In this document: positions 24,293 to 37,239 of the stretch, piece by piece | How the letters are laid out: every line of letters begins with the position of its first letter | How positions within the stretch are numbered: the first letter of the stretch is position 1 | Source of the DNA: Callorhinchus milii | Lineage: Eukaryota | NCBI RefSeq assembly: GCF_018977255.1 | Contig: NW_024704743.1 | Span: 114,144,001-114,208,000 of the forward strand | Length of the DNA stretch: 64,000 nucleotides | Direction: 5' to 3' | Made by a program: the position numbers and the translations under genes | The notes under the pieces: generated by a model | What the model was told of the DNA's origin: nothing | The model's database searches: none | What the model saw: only the letters and a program-made list of their open reading frames with translations

Positions 24293-24465
24293 AGTTCCAA
24301 TAAGGTGGGGTCTGCCAGTGATCGTTGTTGTGTGTGAAGCAGGTGAGGCCGGGCAGGCTGCAGTCATCCCCCTTCCTCAGGCGTTTCTTCAATTTACGAT
24401 CTTTCTTCTTTCTCCGGTTCTCTTTGAACAGCTGCAGCTTGCTGTCTACCTCCTGTGCCACCTCC
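24293..24465 (-). CDS. SULF1: SULF1 coding exon ([21 protein letters not shown]...PPYWN)
   Basis: ttcag|G GAG...AAC T|gtaagc; 173 nt; basic cluster at the end of the hydrophilic domain. Confidence 0.96.
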
Positions 24466-25110
24466 CTGAAGAGATCAAAGGCTGGGGTTACTGGCAACAG
24501 TTTCTGGCCTATTTCACCCACAAATTACACAGGCAATCCACTTTATAGTATATCCTGTGAAGCGCTTTGAGACATCTTAACAATGTATAAGGCCCTATAT
24601 CAAATGCAAGGATTATTATTGTTATTATTATTATTATTGGCCGGTGAGCCAGTAACATGATGGCATTGATTGGGGGATTATCACCAAAACGAAAGCGGGT
24701 GATCTTACATGAAAGGTTTTGGAAACGTGTAGACTGTGATGCCCCTCCGAGTCTGGGGTTTGCGATGGTATATTAAGAGCTTGACTTTGCACTGTGTACT
24801 CTACATCTTTCCCAAGCAAAGTCAAGTCCTTAGCTGCTGGCACAACAACAACACATTACACTTGTATAGCGTCTTTCACGCCAGGACGTCCCAGGGTGCA
24901 AGAGCTGATGAAAGCACCTTGGGACTGACGTTATTATGCAGCCGGGTGCAAATCATGCATTCACAGGAATTGCAGGTGTCCTTAGTCAGCTATTTAGCAA
25001 CTGATCCTTTTCATTGGTTAATTACACAATTATAGGCACCTACAATACATGGTTTGCAAGTAATAATGTCATAAAATTGTGTGTTTTGACCCAGGGTGGA
25101 TCGGACGTAC

Positions 25111-25185
25111 CTGAAGGGATGCAGGTGGCTGTTCTCGTTTTTCAGTTTCCCTCGGTTTCTCATGCCCTTATCTCTGCTGTAATAA
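25111..25185 (-). CDS. SULF1: SULF1 coding exon (YYSRDKGMRNRGKLKNENSHLHPF)
   Basis: aatctag|T TAT TAC...TTC AG|gtacgt; 75 nt; phase 2-2. Confidence 0.92.
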
Positions 25186-25469
25186 CTAGATTGGATTGAG
25201 AGAAAGAACACCGTCATTCACTGTGGCTCAGTGCTCCACCTCCTGACAACAGAAATGTTACCTTCCACTCTGAGAAGACCATCAGGCTGCATCCGTTTGG
25301 CCACACCTCTGCTTTACATGATAAAGGCAGGAGGAGAAACCAGTACCATTTTAATACGTTTCCAAGCATTCCGCTGTCCAACTTGAGGCCCTGTTATGCG
25401 TTACCCGTCCTGTACCACACCAACATATGTACTGCACCAACACTTGTACTGTAAGCAAACCAAAGCAGC

Positions 25470-25992
25470 CGAAATCCTCACCCAATGCTCTCCTCGCTGG
25501 TCTCCCCAGCTCCACCATACACAAAATAACTCAACTAATTCAGAACTCTGCCGCATGGATACTCATCCGCATAGACCTCATCACACCAGTTCTTGCCAGA
25601 CTCCTCTGACTCCCATTTACCAAATGGATCGATTTCAAGATCCTCTCATTCGTTTTCAAATCCCTTCATGCCCTCGTACCTCCCTACCTATCTGACTTGC
25701 TTACTCCACCATCCGCTGCCTCCGATCGGCTGGATCCGGCCTCCTGTTCGGCCCTCGTCACCTCTGCTCCACCATTGGTCGCTATGCCTTCAGCCACTAT
25801 GCCCCAAAGCTCTGGAACCCTCTCCCTCAATCCCTTCGCCTTGCTCCTTCCCTCCTGACTTTCAAATCTTGCCTAGAGACCTTCCTTTTGATCGTGGTTA
25901 CGGTCATCTCGACCCTCCCTCTTCCCCTAGCTTGGCGTCAAGCTCTCCAGGACACTACCGCGTGAAGGGCGCTATATAAATGCAAGTTGCTG
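25470..25992 (+). mobile_element. L2 LINE 3' end
   Basis: NALLAGLPSSTIHKITQLIQNSAAWIL is an L2 ORF2 C-terminal motif; tail gtgaagggcgctatataaatgcaagttg. Confidence 0.85.
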
Positions 25993-26649
25993 TACTGCAC
26001 CAACCTGTGTGCTGTGATGAGAACGGCCTTTGTGAGATCTCAATCTGCTGTAGCCTTGAGCAAAGCAGGTTTGCCCCAGAAAGGAGGGTCAGGAACATGT
26101 CAGCCCATCCTCTCAGAACATCTGGTGTCTGTTTTCCCCAGGGAATTGACAGTGAGTTGGGGGCAAGTCTCTCACTGGGGTGACAAGTGAGATTGCTGCC
26201 CTGGCAGTGTGCGGAGGGGCTGGTCACTTCATTCTGTGGAACTGAAGTCCTGCTACACTCAATTCCTAACCTGAGCCACATCGAGCCGTGAGGTGCTGGA
26301 TGGAGGCTGTAGTAATGGGCTTTTGGGGACTTTTCCTGTCTGAGGAACAGCCCGAAAGCAAAATATGGCCTTTATCACGACTTCCACTTTTGTGCCTGAG
26401 AAGATGTGGCCAGTCCTTGACTTGTGCACCAGAAGCCAGAAGGCAATTAGACAGATACAGGTAGATAAACCTGTCAATCACAGGGACATGCCCACGAATC
26501 TGTTGAGAATCATGGAAAACCACTGGGGGGAGAAACTGAGTCATGCCCAGGGCCTGTGTGTGAACCTCTGCTTCAGGCAAGACTCTCGTAAAAACAATCA
26601 CTTAGAAAACACCACGGAGGTGGAGGTTAGCTCAGCATCTCGGTGTTAA

Positions 26650-26806
26650 GTGTAACATCTGTAAACCTACCCTCTCACTGTACAGCGTAACATTTGTTGA
26701 GACACACCGAACATCTGCAAATCTGCCATTTCACTGTATAGTGTAATACCAGGTAACACACAACAAACATGTGTAAATCTACCCTCTCACTGTACAGTGT
26801 AACATA
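26650..26806. repeat. Approximately 55-bp tandem repeat, three copies
   Basis: aacatctgtaaacctaccctctcactgtacagcgtaacat recurs three times. Confidence 0.75.
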
Positions 26807-26935
26807 AGGTAAAATGCAGCTTTACACGTGTGAAAGAACTGCAGAGTTCCTCATGCACCGAGCAAAAACCTTGGGCAAAAAGAGTACTCGCTAAAATACA
26901 GTGCTCGTACAACGTAACACAATTGAGGGAAGGAC

Positions 26936-27030
26936 CTTTTCCTGTTGCAGTCGCATTCTTCAGGCTTTTTCCTTTTGAGGTGTCCCCTCACTTCTCTCAG
27001 ATTCTTTATTTTGTCTTGAAGAGCTTCGAT
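26936..27030 (-). CDS. SULF1: SULF1 coding exon ([31 protein letters not shown])
   Basis: ttgcag|ATC...AAA AG|gtcctt; 95 nt. Confidence 0.93.
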
Positions 27031-28061
27031 CTGCAATTGAGAGTTAAATGCAATTGTTTTTGGCCTAACCTCGAAACCCACTGAAATAATCAGATGGCCA
27101 TAAATTATAATGGGGGACGGGGGGACGGGGTTGTAAAGGGAGGCAGTCAATTTCAGGTCCATAAGTAGATTTAGGTGTTGCCAACACACACTTGCTTGGA
27201 TGTCTGGAACAGGAATGTTGGGAGTTTTATGTCAATGCGGATCCCATAGTCAGTACAAGTTTTGAGCGCCCAATCTTCTGAAGTTTATGTTGGTCACAGC
27301 CGAAGAATAATAGATTTTGGTCTAAATATCCCTAATTGGAATTTGTACAATGCGTGGCTTGCCCATCCAAGGTGACCCATTTGCTATCCAATATACAGAC
27401 CCCATTATTCACAGGGAAGGAGCGGTGTTAAGGGCAAACACAACACTCCACCCAATGCATCCTTTACTGTTCCTCGACTTTTACTATTCAGTCGCAGCAA
27501 TGGAGAGCAGGCCACCTCCGACTGATGTTATAGACGAAAGGCTTCTTGTGGTGCTTCACCACTTGGTCTAATGTCTTGTTCTGTGTTCACTTTGTTTTGG
27601 TAGTATTTCGGGTGCTTTACGTCGGACATTGGAAGGGGGAGGAATTAAAGGGCTCCCAGAAAAGCCATAATACCAGCGCCAGGTCAGCCTAAAAAACACT
27701 TCACGACACAAGCTCCTTGTACTATGTCCCAGGCGAGACCTCAGCTCAGAGGCGATCACGGGCTGGTGACGAAGTTCCGCAAATCGGGTGCTGTACGGGG
27801 GATTCCCTTGCGCTAACTTCCTGAGGCACTTTTCCCAGCAGCTGGGAGCTTGCTGGTACCATTACCACTTTCCTGGCAGTACAGTTTCAATCCCATCCAC
27901 AATCCCACCAGTGGAAAGGTTCCACGAAAAGAAATTGCTCTTCCACTGTGGGATCTAGTGACAGTGGCAATGTCCTGGGCCAAAATGATTTACCGCCGTC
28001 GATATCATCCCTACCATTCGCTGACTCAAAAATTTCTCCAGTAATAATAATGTTCACTAAC

Positions 28062-28158
28062 CTCTTTGTCTATATAGTTCTTGTGGTCTTTCCATGCTCT
28101 AGCTGATTCATACACCTCTTTCTCACAGTGCACTGTGTCATTGGCGAGAATGTAACAC
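28062..28158 (-). CDS. SULF1: SULF1 coding exon ([32 protein letters not shown])
   Basis: tttgtag|G TGT...AAA GAG|gttagt; 97 nt. Confidence 0.95.
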
Positions 28159-28714
28159 CTACAAAAAAGAAGGAAAAATTGCACATCACTTAATCCATAA
28201 ATATTTCTTAAAACACTTCAGCACAAAACAACCCAGGGCCTTTCATGGCTAAATTTGAGGGTGAAATGAACGGCGTTTTATAAAACGTTTGAAGTAAATG
28301 AGCCATCGATGTGAAAATCTAGGCGTTCACTGAAAATAACCCCACAGTCACTACACATTACAGTAAATCCTGTGAAGCACTTTGAGACATTCTCCAGATG
28401 TGAACGACACTGTATCAAATGCAAAGATTAATATTGTAATATAAAATCAAACGCTTAGAGAACCAGGTAATCCTTTCCCCCTTTCAGGGGTGGGGAGGGA
28501 GGGAGGAAGAGACTCAACAACATCAACAAAAGCATCAACTTGCATTTACATTGTACCCATCACCTGGGAAAGCATTGATTTTAAAGGGTTTCATACCCAT
28601 ACATCGAAGGGCGGAATGTTCTACAATCTGATAATCATCACATGTCGAAGTTCCCACCACGTTTAAACTCAGGAGTTGGCGAAGCAGCGGGTGAGGGTGG
28701 GGGAAACAACTCAC

Positions 28715-28955
28715 TTGTGCGTTACTTTGACTGAGGCCAGTGATGCTCCAACAGCATTGCCCACATCCTCTGCAATCATCGTGTTGTCATCTTCCTCCTC
28801 CTTCTCCTCCTCCCTGCCCTGGGATTGGCTGCTGCTATTTTTTGGTAACAGATCATCAAGCCCTTCATCATCCAGGTCAATATCGTAAATTTCCCCTTCA
28901 AACTCGACTGCAATGGAACGGATTGGACGAGTGCGAATGAAACGAGGCTTAAATT
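28715..28955 (-). CDS. SULF1: SULF1 coding exon (FKPRFIRTRPIRSIAVEFEGEIYD...VKVTHK)
   Basis: aaacag|AA TTT...CAC AA|gtgagt; 241 nt; includes a furin-type RPIR/S site. Confidence 0.94.
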
Positions 28956-28984
28956 CTGTTTGTGAGAGAGGCAGCATTACACAT

Positions 28985-29325
28985 TAACATTAACCCTGCA
29001 AGACAAATCCCTAATGATGCTAAACTCATCAAGCAGCAGAAAGCTTGCCAGGCAGTGCTCTCAAGGGCAAACTATGTGTTTTTAGCTGGTTATCTCCAAC
29101 AGTATCCCAACCCACACTCTGAGGTTCCCAAGCCTTGGCTCTTGCCAACCTTTGTGTAATACTCTCCAGAATTAGGTAAGAAGGATGTGTTCCTCCAGGG
29201 AGAGAGTGCGCATTCCACTCCAGCTGAAGGGAAATGTGTATGTGGAACCATCAGCCTGGTTTGGGGTACTCTAAAGCTAGTGGGTTTCCAGTTGCTTCAG
29301 ACACCTCACCGACCAAATAATAATA
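28985..29325 (+). repeat. Unclassified interspersed repeat family U1, partial copy
   Basis: Collinear with 37470-37840 (ttaaccctgcaag...cccaagccttggctcttgccaa...attaggtaag...cctccagggagag). Confidence 0.7.
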
Positions 29326-29764
29326 TTAATGTCACTCACTGACACATCTCTGAAAAGTGTCTCAAAAGCTCTGATTTTGAAGAGTATCAGAATTTATTCC
29401 GAGCCGGGGGGAAAGATTCCTTCCCTCTTTGGCTGATCAAGCTCAAAAAATAAACAAGAAAATCCCAAATCAGTTAAGAGTCTCCCAGAGCTAAAAAATT
29501 ACAAAAAATTTCAAAAAGTCTTCAGATTCAAAAAATAGAGTGGCAACAGACAAGTTGCAAGAGAACTATTCCCTTCTCTGGAGAGGCTTGCTCCCTTTGC
29601 TGGCAGTTTCAAACCCACCTTATTTATCACAAGGGAATCTTTAAAACCACTGCAAGGTTTGCCCCAGTGGTTTTCTTTAAATGGAAAGTTCCCTTTGCAG
29701 TACCAGTGGTAGTGCTGGTTGGCAGGTATCAGAACACCATTTCCCACACACCGTCTATATATGA

Positions 29765-30122
29765 TAATCCAATAACAATCCTTGCATTTCATATAGTGAT
29801 TTATCACGTCTTTGAGATGTCTCTAAGTACTTTACAAAATATACTATAAAGAAAATTGCCTGTATATTTTGTGGGTGAAACGCGGCAGCCAATTGTGCAC
29901 AGCAGTGTCCCACAAACAGTCGTGGATTGAAGTGACCAATTTTTTTTNGAAGGAATTATTACCCCCGGAAAAGCGATCCACCAATCGATTAACAACCAAG
30001 TTCCTACTTACTGCTAGTTAAACAGAGGCATTTGTAGTAAAGAAATTTGCCCAACATTTTACCCTGCTAGAAATCAAACCCAGGTCTCTTGCTTGCAAGG
30101 AGAGTGCTCTAACCACTGAGCT
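29765..30122 (-). mobile_element. SINE family A copy (contains the single N at 29948)
   Basis: Near full-length match to family A; abuts an L2 3' end on + at about 30125-30345. Confidence 0.87.
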
Positions 30123-30392
30123 CTTTGACCGTGCCTTCAGCTCCCCTCTCGACTCTCTTCCCCCTCCTCGCTCCCTCCCTTCCCTCCCCTCACCCTGACC
30201 ATTTCCCCCCTCCTCGCTCCCTCCCTTCCCTCCCCTCACCCTGACCATTTCCCCCCTGCTCGGGTCATGACCCAACTGTGCAGCGCCTTGGGACGTCCTC
30301 CTGACGTGAAAGGCTCTTTATAAATGGAATCTTGTTGTTGTTGTTGAGCTACACGTTCCCCTGTCAAGATCTGGGGTTGCTTTGGCACTCAC

Positions 30393-30603
30393 TCTGGGTC
30401 GTGTGCATCCTTAGAAATCGCCTCTGATTGCGTCTCTCAGCCTGACTCATGCGGTAGTCATCCTCGGGGCAGTCACAACGGTTGCTGCTGTAGATGTGAG
30501 AGCCCAGGCTCCTACTTTTCTTACTGCCGGTCAGTAGCTTGATTGTCCCTTTGCATTTGTGGAGTCGGAGTTTTCCTGAAGCATCTTCAACACATTGCCA
30601 TTT
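30393..30603 (-). CDS. SULF1: SULF1 coding exon (KWQCVEDASGKLRLHKCKG...RRFLRMHTTQ)
   Basis: ttgacag|AAA TGG...CAG A|gtgagt; 211 nt. Confidence 0.94.
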
Positions 30604-30749
30604 CTGTCAAGAGACACGATCTGGTTACAAGTAGCACAGGACCAATGTTAGGCAACGTGTAAATAAAAGTAATATAAAACATATTAGATTTTTCCTGTGT
30701 TAGAGGTGCTTCTTTTATTTCATATAGCACCTATAACGTCTGAAAGTCA

Positions 30750-31110
30750 TTCACAAACTTTTTGTGTGTAGTGTTAGTGAAAACAGCGAACAATTTGCGC
30801 ACAACAACGTCCCACAAACGGCTATGAAGTAAATGGCCAATTGAATCTGGGGAGGGGATTGTTAGGCAGGACACCGGGAGAAACTCCCTTTCCTTTTCAA
30901 ACAGTGCAGTGGGATCTGTAACATCCACCTGCACAAGCAGCCATTGATTTAACATCTTATTGAAAGCACAGCACCTCCAGCAATCAGAGGTCCCCTAACT
31001 TTGCATTGGAATGTCAGCCTAGGTGATGAATTCAAAGTCTTGACGTGGATGCTCGAACCCACAATCTTCTGACTCAGAGGCCAATGTGCTAGCAACTGAA
31101 CTTGACTGAC
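30750..31110 (-). mobile_element. SINE family B, near full-length
   Basis: Head ttcagttgctagcac...ctctgagtcagaagattgtgggttcgag; body caggtggatgttacagatcccactgcact; DeuSINE-like core. Confidence 0.78.
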
Positions 31111-32760
31111 ACAGAAATAAAAGAATGGGGAAAAAGGCCTCAAATCCACTCTGAGGAAAAAAAGTAGAGGTGATGTGAAAGTAGCCAACCTGAGATCTGA
31201 CATCCTCATGATTTCAGTCTAAAGATCATTCTTTTAAAATTAATGACCATAAGGCATTTTGGAAAATTCTTAAATTCAGTCTTAAATTAGGAGTGGGTTT
31301 GCCATTGGCAGAATGCAAGAATTTTCCAAAATACTGCACAATCTTATACAGGATTTTTAAGAAGTTGTGGTTTAGTCTTAATTTATTCTTCATTTTTTTC
31401 ACAGACACCTGCTTCCAAACTAAACCTGGATTTAAGGACTTCCCGCATTTCTGCGACACCCGGGTTTTAAAGAATGAAATGATGTACAGGCTAAGACCAG
31501 GCGAAATTTATGACTTCAAGCTGCAGTACTGCCCAGTGCAGGATGGTGGCAGCAAAATTCTTCACAGAGGCAAGCCCAGCTGTTCAGCTCGAAGACTGGC
31601 CGACAACGGACACCTTAAAGTGCTTCATAGCATTTACTGTAAAATGTTAGCGACTGTGGTAGTGACTGTATATTTTGTAGGCGAACGCAGAAGTCAATTT
31701 GCGCACAGCAATGCCCCACACACAGCCATAAAGTGAATGACCAATTTTATCTGGGGGATTGTTGGCCTGGACACCGAGAGAAACTCCCTTCGCTTTTCAA
31801 ATAGTGCTACAGATTTACCTGACCAGGCAGACGGGACCTCGGTTTAACGTCTCACCTGAAACGACGTCACCTCGAACAATGCAGCCCAACAACTGCTCAG
31901 TATCTAACAGAAGTATCACTTTGGATTAACATTAATGACCTGCAACTCTTAACCCACAGTACCCCCCCCCCAACGCCCAATGTCCTGCTCAGTCGTGAAC
32001 GATGCAGTCTCTAAGTGTAGCTACACTGGAAAGCAAATGGATCAGTGTCCTCACAGGGTCAAGCCACGCATTGCACGGATTCCAATTACAGATTTTTTAG
32101 ACCCAAATCTGTTATCTTTGGCGCTGACCAACATAAACACAGGTGCAGCCGTTATTCTATCTCTGCAATTGGCTTGAGTGACTTATCAGACTTATTTTTT
32201 ACTCTTGTCTGCATCGAGTACCTTCCAAACCTAGCATCGTCTCTTAGCACGAACCCCACGCCGCTGAAAATTAACCAAAGGCAATGGCAAACACAAATAG
32301 CAGAACCAGCCAGCCACACTGATGTTTAATGTGTTTTATTCCTTTCATAAAACGTTCTTTCCAAGCTGTGGGTTTTACTCCTTACTCAGTTCCTTCTCTG
32401 TGGTTTGTCTCCCCCTCTCTTGGTCTCAACAGGAAGGAGTGGATATTACACTTGCCCTTTGCTCTCTGACAATACAAATTGTCTGCCAGGAATAATGTAT
32501 AAAATTCTAATTGTAAGTGTGGGAGCATGTCTGCATTCAGCATTGCTGCCAGGATGAGTATCTGATCACAATCATCTGCGCCACAAACCCCTTCTGATGC
32601 CGTCTGGTGCATTCCTCTCCACAAAAAAATCTTTGTATCCGAGCTATTTTTCGAAGACTGACTGGAGAACACAAGAAAGCACAGCATTGTGTGTCAGTCT
32701 GGCTCAGTAAGTAGCACTCTGGCCTCTGGTCAGGCAGATGTAGGTTCAAATCGGGGTCGT

Positions 32761-33410
32761 GTAGCTCACATTCTAGACTGACACTCCAGTGCAGTGTTGG
32801 GGGAATGGTGCCTTGTAGCTCAGTCCAGACTGACACTCCAGTGCAGTGTTGGGGGAATGCTGCCTCGTAGCTCAGTCTGGACTGACACTCCAGTGCAGTG
32901 TTGGGGGAATGGTGGCTCGTAGCTCAGTCTGGACTGACACTCCAGTGCAGTGTTGGGGGAATGGTGCCTTGTAGCTCAGTCTGGACTGACACTCCAGTGC
33001 AGTTTTTTTTTTAGTATGACTCCAGGTGTTAATGGTGCCTTGTAGCTCAGTCCAGACTGACACTCCAGTGCAGTGTTGGGGGAATGGTGCCTCAGTCTGG
33101 ACTGACACTCCAGTGCAGTGTTGGGGGAATGCTGCCTTGTAGTTCAGTCTGGACTGACACTCCAGGTGTGGGGGAATGGTGCTGTGCTGTCACTCCAGTG
33201 CCAGTGTTGGTGAGTGTTGGGAATGGAGCTTTGTCTGGACTGACACTCCAGTGCAGTGTTGGGGGAATGGTGCCTTGTAGCTCAGTCTGGACTGACACTC
33301 CAGTGCAGTGTTGGGGGAATGGTGCCTTGTAGCTTAGTCTGGACTGACACTCCAGTGCAGTGTTGGGGGAATGGTGCCTTGTAGCTCAGTCCAGACTGAC
33401 ACTCCAGTGC
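32761..33410. repeat. 52-bp minisatellite (about 12 units) amplified from inside a SINE B-like element
   Basis: Unit gtagctcagtctggactgacactccagtgcagtgttgggggaatggtgcctt with starts at 32815, 32867 and 32919; SINE head at 32693-32760. Confidence 0.93.
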
Positions 33411-34832
33411 AACCTTGTTGAAGGTCCATCGGATGAGACCATGTCTTAGAATTTGATATCTCAACATCAGTCACTGGGGATACATGCACAACTGATTCTC
33501 TCTGTTCTATTGCACATGCACAGATGGGCATTTTAACCTTTCACCTGCTTGCTCCTTCATTTCTTTCTTTTAAAGAGACTTAACCTGACGTGGACTGAAA
33601 CTGGGACAATCTATATCATTTCAATCATTCAGTGCACATCAGCGTTCATCCACTTTTGCCGACAAACACACAGTCACTACTCTTTACATTGAAATCCTGC
33701 AAAGCGCTCTGGGGTGTTTTGCTGACGTGATACATCAAATACAAGGCTTATTATTATTATTAAACCTACGATGTATATTAAAAAAAGCACTGAATAAATC
33801 AGAGTTGGATGGTATATGTAGTGCAAAACGCCCCATAACAATTACAGTCTGACCATGAGATGGGGCTATTTCCTCCACACAAAATAAACAATTGTAACCT
33901 ATATTAAGAGATCACCGGTTTCCTGAGATCACGAGAGGTCACTCACAAAACTAGTCAGGATCTACTGTATTGCTGCAAAACTAGAGATAATCATAATAAT
34001 ACTTGTATTTATTATAGTGCATTCCATGTCTGAAGCACGTCTCAAAGCGTAAATAGGATTTACTGCAAAGTGTAGTGACTGTCGATTAGCAGGTGAACGT
34101 GAGGGTAGTCAATTTCGCGCACAGCAATGTCCCACAAACAGCCATGAAATGAATGAACAATCTTATTTGGGGAATTAGTGCCATGGGATCTTTAATGTCC
34201 AGCTTCTGAACGGGACTTCGGTTTAACGTCTCATCTAATGGAAGGCTATTTCTTCATGCATTCAAATACCTGACTAGGACCAGTGTCTCTTTGTAATCCC
34301 ACAATAGCCCTACTTTATTACATTCCATTCTGTGACCTACAAGCATCAGTACCTTTAACTACAAAAACTGCCTGAATACTTCCATTATAAAAGGATTATC
34401 CCCAAAGTATTGCAGTCCTGTGGTTCTCTGTAGCGCTTAGTAATTTTCTATTTAATTCCCTTTCAAATCCCTGTGTCACAGGATTGATTTATTACCAGCC
34501 GTTTCCCACCCCACTCTGTGAAGAAGAATGAAACGTTCCAGTAAGAAAATTCATTACAGTGTAGCAAATGGAGAACGAAAAACCGTTGTGAAAACATGTC
34601 TTTAAACCAGTTTCGTACAAACAGGCAAATTAGAGGGCGGGGACGGGGATGGGTGATGAAAAAATGTGTTGTGAAATTAATAATGGCAACACTAATCTTA
34701 TTGCAGTGAATGAAATGTCAACAAATTAGAACAAGATAATGCAACATATTTTCTGTTCTGATGATCAAGTACAAGATGTGATAAGACGTTATATCAAATG
34801 CAAGGATTATTATTCTTATTACTTTACATAAA

Positions 34833-35160
34833 GCATTGTGGAGTGAGAATAATCAACAAGATAATGCAACATATTTTACGTTAATTTTTGTTCTGGCTGA
34901 ATTGGATTTTAGCAGAGATTATAAATCAAGTTAAGAGTCTTGAACTTAACCAACCGTATTAGTCACAAGGGAAGGCATCTGAATAAAGAAGTTACATTTA
35001 CACAAACTGTTGTGTAAAACCAAGACTTAGACATGAAAGGTTCACTGATAGCAATTTGTCATTAAAGTAGCTTAATCTACAAAAGTGGAGTTAGAGCTTT
35101 CCGAGACCAATCCATCTTGTTCATAGTTATTTGAATCAATAAAAAATGGGTTGAAATGTG
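34833..35160 (+). repeat. Unclassified interspersed repeat family U2, copy 1
   Basis: Highly similar and collinear with 44585-44915. Confidence 0.85.
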
Positions 35161-35739
35161 TTAATTAACCTTGATTCCTGAACTAAGACTCCGGAGAACT
35201 TCATCCTCCCTGGGTTGGCTAATTTCCGACTCGTGCATGCGTGCAACATTCACAAGATTACAAGATTGGTTCAGATGAAGAATGACATTCAGCCCATTAG
35301 CTTATCTTTCCAAAATGCCCAATCTACCATCCATTTTTTAAATACGTTCAATAATAAATTGGTCACTATTAATAATAATAATCCTTGCATTTGATATAGC
35401 GCCTTAGCACATCTTCGAGACGTCTCAAAGCGCTTCACAGAAGTGAATTGACTATATATTTTGTGGGCGAAATGCAGCAGCCAGTTGCGCATAGCAGTGT
35501 CGCACAAACAGTCGTGGATTGAGTGACCAATTTATTATTATTATTATTAAACCATTCTTCCTGATTTCCTGTTCGTTATTATTTGCCTTCTGGGTAAGTA
35601 AAAAATCGTGTATCTGTCCTGAAATTGGGCTTTACATTCCTAAACCTATGTCCTCTTATTTTATTGTCATGGTGTACGTTAAAGTACTGTTCCGAGTTTA
35701 CTATTTGAATCTCATTTAAAATTTGACATACCTCTCCAA

Positions 35740-36560
35740 GGTCTCCACTGATACATTTCCTTTCAAAGCCCTAGTTTGTCTCATTGTTGCTCATAGCTCA
35801 TTCCTGTAACACTGGGAATTATCCACATTGCTCTCCCCTGCACTGCTTCTAGGCCCTGGACAGACCCATGATGTTGAGATGACCAGAACTGTATGCAGTT
35901 CTTTAGATGAGAGCTGACCACAGCATTATACAGCTTCAGTTTGATTTGTTGGGATCTGAAATCTCAACTGATTTTGTAATATAGCCCAGCGTCCTCTTTG
36001 TATTTTTTCTGCTGCCTTGCACCGTTTTAACGTAGTGAGTGATGAGTCAATGAAGACCCCTATATCTCTTTCAGCTTCCTCCTTGACAAGTTCTAACCCA
36101 CTGATGTAATGCCTCCTATTACTTTCTATATGTAGTACCTTGCATTTATCTGTAATGAACTTGATTTGCCAGTTGTCAGCCCGTGTGGATACCTTATTAT
36201 ACCTTACACTCTCGCTGTGAATCGAGACCATTAATGTAACAAAGGAACAGAAGAGGCCCCAGTACAGATCCTTGAGGCTCCTCGCTTAAAACCTCTCCCG
36301 TTTTGATCTAGATCCTCTAATAAAGACCCTCCACTTCCTCCCCTTGAGACAATTCTGAATCCATGTCCATCTGTTGTTCTTGACACCCATTGACATCAGT
36401 TTGTGAAGGAATCTTTCATGCAGTAGTTTGTCAATTCCCTTTTGGAAGTCTAGATGTGCTGCATCATATAGCTTTCCACAGTCAAATCAGGATGTCACCT
36501 TCTCAAAACAACCACTCTATGGGGTTGGTAAGACAACTGAGTTTCCTTTCATGAGCCGGT
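35740..36560 (-). mobile_element. Old CR1 RT fragment
   Basis: ADNWQIKFITDKCKVLHI and EAERDIGVFIDSSL; DFQK-type motif near 36445-36455. Confidence 0.8.
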
Positions 36561-37029
36561 AGCAATGCTAATATTAAACAATCAGTTCCTCTTCCAGTTC
36601 CCTTTGTATCAAACTGTGATAAATTGGAAATAAAGCACAATGACTGCGAAAGTGCATAATCATCATTGAACATGCTGAGATTTTTTGCACTATTACCACT
36701 TCTTTTCATAGATTCATAGATTCACAGAATGTTACGGCACAGAAGGAGGCCATTCGGCCCATCGAGTCTGTGCCGGCTCTTTGACAGAGCAAGTCACCTT
36801 CACTAACCCCAATCACCAGCTTTCTCCCCATAACCCTTCTTCTCCCCAGTTTTGTTTCAACCCAATACCCCCTTTTGTTGTACAACCCCACTTTTGTTTT
36901 ACGCCACTATCACCTCCTTAACCCATCAACTAACACATTCTCTCCTTTGTCTTCTTTTCTGCCTTCTTTGTTGTCCTTGTCCTGCCTCCCCTCCTCAACT
37001 TGTCCTTAAAAACCTCTCCCTCTCAACAT

Positions 37030-37135
37030 GCCCCAATTCTGATGAAGGGTCGTAGATCCAAAATGTTGATTCATTTTCCTTTCTCCATAGATGCTGCCTG
37101 ACCTGTTGAGTTTTCCCAGCTCTCTCTGTTTTTGT
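37030..37135 (+). mobile_element. Probable Penelope-like element terminal fragment
   Basis: tctgatgaagggtcgtagatccaaaatgttg...gatgctgcctgacctgttgagttttcccagc resembles, from recall, Penelope terminal repeats with a hammerhead-like CTGATGA...(G)AAA layout; degenerate here. Confidence 0.45.
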
Positions 37136-37239
37136 ATGCTGAGATGTGTTGCCCACCAGGAAGCTCCTTGTACCTACCATCCACCTAGTCAGGGCTGAAA
37201 CCTGCTGTTGTCGGATGTTGAACGACTAGTGACTAGTGA

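Noticed and set aside
30165..30258. Pyrimidine-rich direct duplication of about 46 bp as a regulatory element
   Set aside because: It lies within the low-complexity 3' UTR of an L2 fragment and looks like a simple slippage duplication.
32761..33410. CRISPR-like array
   Set aside because: Units are contiguous with no unique spacers, the context is a eukaryotic intron, and the unit derives from a SINE.
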